A stretch of DNA of 63,813 bases, filler included, from Olpidium bornovanus S191 (lineage: Eukaryota > Fungi > Olpidiomycota): the NCBI GenBank assembly GCA_017911155.1. It is 32 parts of 32 records of this genome, joined end to end, with 100 filler letters (N's around TTAATTAATTAA, not from the genome) between each part and the next. Parts side by side here need not be neighbours in the genome. Positions count along the whole stretch, not along the records: positions 62,618 to 63,813 come from JAEFCI010004707.1; 31 more parts are not named here. One strand, given 5' to 3'. The translations under genes were made by a program, and so were the position numbers. This document shows, piece by piece, positions 62,663 to 63,813 of this stretch. The notes beneath the pieces were generated by a model. That model was not told where the DNA came from, did not search any database, and saw nothing but the letters and a program-made list of their open reading frames with translations. How positions within the stretch are numbered: position 1 is the stretch's first letter; every line of letters starts with the position of its first letter.

Positions 62663-62696
<34 letters not shown>

Positions 62697-63170
62697 GAAA
62701 AAATCACACCCTCCGTCGGACAGCGCGGAGCGTCGCCCGTCCGGCCCCCTCCCACGCCTTCCCCACCCCGGCCATGTCCGCCTTGTATCTAAGTAAGCTC
62801 GGGCCGCCCGCAGTCGCGGCCGCGGTCGGGGTTACGTCCGCGTTTTTTTATTACAAGGTGTGTTGGGGAGTGGGAGGAAGGGGGGTTTCTCGCCCGCCTT
62901 AGCCGCCCTTCCTCTTCTGGGTGACGCTCCAGTTCGATTTGCCCCGCTCACCCCGGCGTTCTCCCGGCAACCACCGCGACGCTCTCCGCGGGGTTCACCC
63001 CTCGTTTGCAGCCGCTCGCTCTCGAAGTTCGCAAGTAGGGGACGCTCCCCCCTTTTCCCCTTCCCCCGGCGCGCCCGAAAAGTGCGGGGAGGCGCCGGGC
63101 AAACGCGGGAAGGTTGACGTGGGGACACCTCGCGGGAAAACTTGGGGGGGGGGGGGGGCTTTTTTTTCAG

Positions 63171-63229
63171 GAAGGCGATTGAACAACACATGGCCGATGA
63201 GGCGAAGCGACTCCAACTGGAAGCCGACG

Positions 63230-63261
<32 letters not shown>

Positions 63262-63280
63262 GAGCAGCCGAGCCAGGAGG
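63171..63280 (+). CDS. Poly-glutamine-containing exon of an unassigned gene, with (CAG)9 at 63232-63258
   Basis: Poly-T acceptor and GTAAGT donor flank KAIEQHMADEAKRLQLEADGQQQQQQQQQQEQPSQE. Confidence 0.5.
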
Positions 63281-63711
63281 GTAAGTCGCTTTGGCACTCT
63301 CGGAAAAAGCGGAGCGGCCCCGGTGTGGGCGTGTGCGACAGGGGGTGGCGAAACGCAACTTTGGGCCCCGGCGGTTTGCTTTTCTTTTTGCACCTGCTAA
63401 CGTCAGGCACGTGGGGGGGGGGGGGTGATGGTGCGGTGCGCGCGTGTGCGCGCGGTGTGTGCGCCGCACCTCCACGCAGTCGTTCCGAAGGTTGTCGAGA
63501 GCCAAGAAGCGGCACCGCCACTCTCGACCGCAGATGCGAGTGCGGCGGCGTGATCTCCTACCGTTCCCCCCCACCACCCTTTTCCCATATCCACCAAAAA
63601 AAAAAAGTCCGCGGCCACTCTCACACGTTTTCGGTTTGCCACGGGCGCTCAAGGTTCCCCACAAATCATCCTGGATTTGTTGTAACAACACTCTTCCCCG
63701 CACGTTTGATT

Positions 63712-63743
<32 letters not shown>

Positions 63744-63813
63744 CCCGGCCGTTAAGGCCCCCCCGGGCGGGCCCGGCTGTTTTAAAAACAAAAAGGGGGA
63801 AAACCCAAACCCC

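Overview
This window is not one locus. It is 32 short contigs (about 1.0-5.9 kb) joined by 31 identical artificial 100-nt linkers (N44-TTAATTAATTAA-N44, stops in all six frames), so gene order across linkers means nothing and most genes are partial. The DNA is eukaryotic, with GT-AG introns, GC-rich exons and long homopolymer runs in introns. Fungal-type genes (ARG5,6 kinase domain, YME2, MAM33, fungal ADAM, PXR1) occur together with an axonemal dynein heavy chain, pointing to a zoosporic fungus; the style recalls Olpidium (inference, no search run). Other recognisable genes: NOP58, FAU1/MTHFS, RBM39-like, CCDC43-like, SCI1-like, RasGEF, F-BAR, SLC25 carrier and a Hva1-TUDOR protein. Decayed Ty3/gypsy and Ty1/copia pieces are also present. 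Most interesting: (1) a complete six-exon gene fusing a bHLH-zipper to a PHD finger; (2) an intron-rich ATP-grasp enzyme that appears circularly permuted; (3) a bacterial-type cytidylate kinase carrying spliceosomal introns; (4) a retroelement-like ORF with tandem dUTPase folds; (5) recurrent lesions explainable as C-to-T at CpA in decayed elements; (6) strong enrichment of CATG at contig ends. Contigs 7, 21, 28 and parts of 10, 19 and 27 could not be assigned. All family calls are from motif recognition by eye.
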